From a bacterium (GTDB lineage Bacteria > T1Sed10-126 > CAZEBV01), in assembly GCA_042219765.1 (NCBI GenBank), contig JBDGPI010000068.1:10164-49811 (forward strand): DNA of 39,648 nucleotides. Direction: 5' to 3'. Under the pieces are notes generated by a model. That model searched no databases. It was not told the origin of the DNA and saw only the letters and a program-made list of their open reading frames with translations. The translations under genes and the position numbers were made by a program. Every line of letters begins with the position of its first letter. The stretch's first letter is position 1. This document shows, piece by piece, positions 36,486 through 39,648 of this stretch.

Positions 36486-37937
36486 TCATTGATCCATCCC
36501 GAAGAGTTGTTTGCGGAAGCTGTACAGCACAACAACGAGGACGATAGCCAGAAGTAACGTTACTATCAGCGCACCCCATCCGAAGACCTGCGATGACGAG
36601 GCTTTGACGTCCCCAACCTTAATCGTGATCCGATCAGTGGCACGACCTTCGGAGTACTTTGAGGCGACCACAAGTGTTGGCCGATAAATACCGGATTGGT
36701 TGTAGATCATGGGATTATCCGGATTGGTCTGCCATCCGCTGGTATCACCGGTTCCGTACTTAAAAAGATACCGGGTCACGCTGTCCGCATTGGCTTTGTA
36801 CGTTGAACCAAATCCGGAGAGCGTGAGGGACTGGCCCACGTCAGGGGTTTGACGGCTGCTGGACAGGGATGCTTCCAGACCGAGCTTGTCCGGTTTGACG
36901 GAACGGCTCAGTTGCCAGAGGACCTTCTGTCCTCCAAGAAGGGCACTCTCCTCATCGATCCATTCGACGGAAAACAGTGGTTTGGACAGCGGGTGAGACT
37001 CAATACTGAAATCCTCGTAATACGCCCAGTACCCCTGGTCCTCGCCGCCGCTTCCACCGACCAGCAGGGCTCCGGATCCATCGGGCCGCCAGGAAATGTC
37101 ATGGATCGTCCAGTTAAAGGACGTCGTAATCTGTTGGACCTCTCCGTCACGGTAACGGTAAAGATTCCCCTGAGAACCTGCTATGAGAGCGAAATCCTTC
37201 GTTGGGTGCCAGGCAATTGTCTTGATCAGCGGTTTTCCGAGAAGACGGATCTGATTTGAGTTATTGGGAGGCGTCCATTCAATAACCGTCCCCCTTTCTC
37301 CACCAATCAACGCAACCTCCTGACTCGGATTCCAGTCAACCGCGTGAAGGACTATCGTGTCGGGGGAAGTGAGTGTCTCCAGCTGATTGTCCCGAAGTTT
37401 AAACATGGCCCCCTGACGGTTCGGAAATCGCCGGCCACCCACGGCGAGGATATAGTCCTTAACGAAATCAAACGCCTGAAGGTTGAGAGGAGTTTTGGAG
37501 ACGATCTTAAACCGTGAGTCACTACGATCGAACCGCATGACCACACCACCGGTGTCGGGTGGTAATCGACTGGCGGCAGTCATGAGAGTGCCACGGTTAT
37601 TCCAGTGCAGATCCCTGTGGTACAGGAGGGGATCCATGCGTGAGAGAGTGAATGAGTTGTTTCGGTGAAAGAGTAAGTCCTCCCCGCCGGACGCTGCTAC
37701 AGCCACTCGGTCGGTTCCTGGTTGGCGTTCCATCGCGTAGTAATTGTTGTTACCGGTCTGGTTCGGATCGGAAACAGGATACCGGCTTACGGGAAACGCA
37801 GTATAGGAACCGAACTTTTTAACAATTGCTTCCGCCCCTTTCACCTGTTTGGCCGGACAGTACATCAGGACGGAAATGATTAAACCAACCAGTGTGTAGA
37901 AGAGGGTTTGGCGTGTGGGACGTTGAGTGGTTAGCAC
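36486..37937 (-). CDS. Beta-propeller (WD40-like repeat) + PKD-domain protein with N-terminal signal anchor and C-terminal TM anchor
   Basis: Repeated 'W.P......L.GG..G' blades include 'AVDWNPSQEVALIGGERGTV', 'IAWHPTKDFALIAGSQGNL' and 'ISWRPDGSGALLVGGSG'. The PKD-like segment is 'GQSLTLSGFGS...YLFKYGTGD...GIYRPTLVV'. The C-terminal TM is 'ALIVTLLLAIVLVVVLY'. The GTG start has GGAGG upstream. Confidence 0.8.
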   Translation of the reverse strand: MLTTQRPTRQTLFYTLVGLIISVLMYCPAKQVKGAEAIVKKFGSYTAFPVSRYPVSDPNQTGNNNYYAMERQPGTDRVAVAASGGEDLLFHRNNSFTLSRMDPLLYHRDLHWNNRGTLMTAASRLPPDTGGVVMRFDRSDSRFKIVSKTPLNLQAFDFVKDYILAVGGRRFPNRQGAMFKLRDNQLETLTSPDTIVLHAVDWNPSQEVALIGGERGTVIEWTPPNNSNQIRLLGKPLIKTIAWHPTKDFALIAGSQGNLYRYRDGEVQQITTSFNWTIHDISWRPDGSGALLVGGSGGEDQGYWAYYEDFSIESHPLSKPLFSVEWIDEESALLGGQKVLWQLSRSVKPDKLGLEASLSSSRQTPDVGQSLTLSGFGSTYKANADSVTRYLFKYGTGDTSGWQTNPDNPMIYNQSGIYRPTLVVASKYSEGRATDRITIKVGDVKASSSQVFGWGALIVTLLLAIVLVVVLYSFRKQLFGMDQ

Positions 37938-38076
37938 GTATTGAGGACCTCCGCGGGGCGCAAGGAATCTATTCGAACGTTGCGGCGTACTGAATTAAAC
38001 TGGTGACCTTTGTATCCTGGCGTATCCTCGTAAGAAGAGGATGGCGCTGGTACTTGCGACAGGATGATTTGATTCA

Positions 38077-39012
38077 TTATTGATCCTGGAGTTCGTTGAG
38101 TACACGTTGTTGTATTGACTCAAGGGTTTTCATAACACGAAGTACGTGTTGCTTCGACACCCTGCAGGATTCAAGCTCCTGGCTTGATCGTATAAAATTT
38201 TTCAGCTCGGCCGTTAGCGGTAGTTCATCAAAGGTGATGAGCCTGTCATCCTCGGTTGGGTCGGCCTGGTCACTGAGGGTCAGTTCGTCGGATTGTCCGT
38301 CGAAGTGAAAGAATTGCTCCCCCCGGCGAAACGTTATCGTTCGCTCGGGAAACGGCCAGTCGGAACGAGCACGGATCTGTACTTTAGTCTCTTTGTAGAG
38401 CAGGGTTCCCGAAACGGAGCGTCCGGGAGGATACGGACCGAGTGGGATGCATGAGGTCAGACTTGGTGTGGCTCCGTAAAGAGCGTCAAGCACCGTTAGA
38501 TCGTGTATCAGACTGCTGTGCAAAAGTCGCCGTTCCCCGTTGTCCCGCAGGCGGGACAGTCGATTGATAACAATTTCATCGAGAGTCCCGGGCTGAAAGT
38601 TCGGTTCCTCTTGTAACGCCGATAACAAGGGATGATACAGCATCAGGTGTCCCGGCATCAGCAGACAGTTGTTTTTTGTGGCCAGGCTGAAGAGTTCCTC
38701 CGCTCGGGTTCGATTAAAGCAGAGTGGTTTTTCGACGAATACGTCCAGACCGGACTGCAGCGCTGTTTCGACGAGTTCAAAATGGGTCTCGTCGGGCGTT
38801 GCTACGCAGATGGCATCGTTGCGGTTCAGGGCTTCGGTTAGATCGGTATGGCACTCAAAGTTGAAAGCTTCGTTGACGGTTTCGGCCCGCTCGGTGCTTC
38901 CCTGATGTACAATTTCACGGAGCCGGAAGTCCTCCGTGGATTCAAGGTCCAGCAGAGTTCGAATGATGTTACGGCCCCAGGGGCCGCAACCGAGAACAGC
39001 TACATCCACCAC
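38077..39012 (-). CDS. Gfo/Idh/MocA family NAD(P)-dependent oxidoreductase
   Basis: It has the Rossmann motif 'VAVLGCGPWGRNI' and the family motif 'FVEKPLC'. The ORF-track N-terminus (39013-39201) looks non-coding. The start is uncertain (GTG 39012/39009 or TTG 39048). Confidence 0.8.
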   Translation of the reverse strand: MVDVAVLGCGPWGRNIIRTLLDLESTEDFRLREIVHQGSTERAETVNEAFNFECHTDLTEALNRNDAICVATPDETHFELVETALQSGLDVFVEKPLCFNRTRAEELFSLATKNNCLLMPGHLMLYHPLLSALQEEPNFQPGTLDEIVINRLSRLRDNGERRLLHSSLIHDLTVLDALYGATPSLTSCIPLGPYPPGRSVSGTLLYKETKVQIRARSDWPFPERTITFRRGEQFFHFDGQSDELTLSDQADPTEDDRLITFDELPLTAELKNFIRSSQELESCRVSKQHVLRVMKTLESIQQRVLNELQDQ

Positions 39013-39221
39013 TGAAACACACTCTGTAGTTTGATGTCGGACGTTCAAACACTCGCTTAATAATGTATTTTTGATTGAAAAAAGCAAACTTAATTCGGAG
39101 TAACCAAACGCAATGAATAATTCGGTTGTGTGGTTCCGTCGGTTTCGAACAGGCCTCACTCCACGACGACATTCCGGATGGATAGTTGAGTTGAAAAACA
39201 CGACGATAGGGAGTTAGAGAT

Positions 39222-39648
39222 GTGAACGGTATTGAATCGCGTGATGTAACGGTTCCTGCCACGGACGACTATCAACTGGCCGGAACGATCTACCGTCCCG
39301 AAGCCACTTCAAAGGGCGCGATCGTAATCACTTCGGCCATGGCCGTCGCCCGGTCCTTCTACCAGCCCTTTGCCCGATGGTTTGCGGACCGGGGGTTTTC
39401 CGTCCTGACGTTTGATTACCGCGGTATCGGGAATTCGGCCCCGGAGGACCTGCGAGGGTTCCAGGGTACCGTAGCGGACTGGGCGCTTAAGGACATTCAG
39501 GGGGCCATCAACTGGATGAAAGAATTCACGCCCGATGGACCACTGTACGTCATAGCCCACAGTATTGGTGGCCAAATCATGGGCCTGCTCGGGGATAACG
39601 TTGAGATTGACGGGCTGGTTACCGTTTCGGCACAGAGTGGGTACTGTC
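39222..39648 (+). CDS. Alpha/beta hydrolase fold protein, N-terminal fragment; the 3' end lies outside the window (not in the supplied ORF track)
   Basis: My own translation from the GTG at 39222 (AGGGAG 8 nt upstream) reads 'VNGIESRDVTVPATDDYQLAGTIYRP...VLTFDYRGIGNS...YVIAHSIGGQIMG'. This contains the GxSxG-type nucleophile elbow (HSIGG). No stop occurs before the window end. Confidence 0.8.
   Translation, partial: MNGIESRDVTVPATDDYQLAGTIYRPEATSKGAIVITSAMAVARSFYQPFARWFADRGFSVLTFDYRGIGNSAPEDLRGFQGTVADWALKDIQGAINWMKEFTPDGPLYVIAHSIGGQIMGLLGDNVEIDGLVTVSAQSGYC

Noticed and set aside
39013-39201. The N-terminal ~60-aa extension of the Gfo/Idh/MocA ORF ('MFFNSTIHPECRRGVRPVRNRR...').
   Set aside because: It precedes the Rossmann beta1-Gly motif, which normally sits at the very N-terminus. 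Its composition is atypical. It runs into the divergent promoter region of the alpha/beta hydrolase gene.
39309-39575. An 88-aa minus-strand ORF.
   Set aside because: It is antisense to a plus-strand frame that encodes a clear alpha/beta hydrolase N-terminus with an HSIGG nucleophile elbow and an SD-preceded GTG at 39222.
1-39648. I searched for mobile elements, prophage or defence islands (integrase, transposase, terminal inverted repeats, tRNA-flanked insertion).
   Set aside because: No such ORFs or boundary repeats were seen. The AT-rich patches (about 4270-4746 and 14845-15583) lack any associated mobility genes.

Overview
This is a 39.6-kb chromosomal stretch, apparently from a diderm bacterium of uncertain lineage. 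Supporting signs are signal peptides, lipoboxes, beta-barrel proteins ending in Phe, and a DsbA. GC looks mid-range by eye, and GGAGG Shine-Dalgarno sites are used very consistently. I support about 35 protein-coding genes. I saw no rRNA, tRNA, CRISPR array, transposase or integrase. The window edges and the 29-35 kb block carry housekeeping or catabolic enzymes, many visibly acidic: a histidine phosphatase fragment, an APH-type kinase plus acyl-CoA dehydrogenase plus SDR, a saccharopine-dehydrogenase-family protein, a HAD hydrolase, citrate synthase, a Gfo/Idh/MocA oxidoreductase and an alpha/beta hydrolase fragment. The centre is dominated by cell-envelope genes. Two loci are the best candidates for uncharacterised systems. 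(1) 6498-12793 is a tightly coupled seven-gene operon: long NfeD protease, short NfeD, two tandem FloA flotillin paralogs, an acidic His/Trp decapeptide-repeat membrane protein, and two paralogous membrane-anchored beta-sandwich-like proteins. (2) 23619-29071 is an envelope-spanning signalling module: FecR-domain protein, beta-helix-like repeat protein, outer-membrane beta-barrel, and a CHASE2 class III adenylate cyclase. Gene-structure oddities are a TRAP-type permease split by a frameshift near 22900-22935, a single in-frame TAA between the FecR ORF and the repeat-protein ORF, and a saccharopine-dehydrogenase-family gene whose only plausible start is an ATC codon behind a perfect AAGGAGG. 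A 3'-truncated alpha/beta hydrolase ORF at 39222-39648 is absent from the supplied ORF track. All family assignments come from motif recognition by eye and need HMM or structure confirmation.
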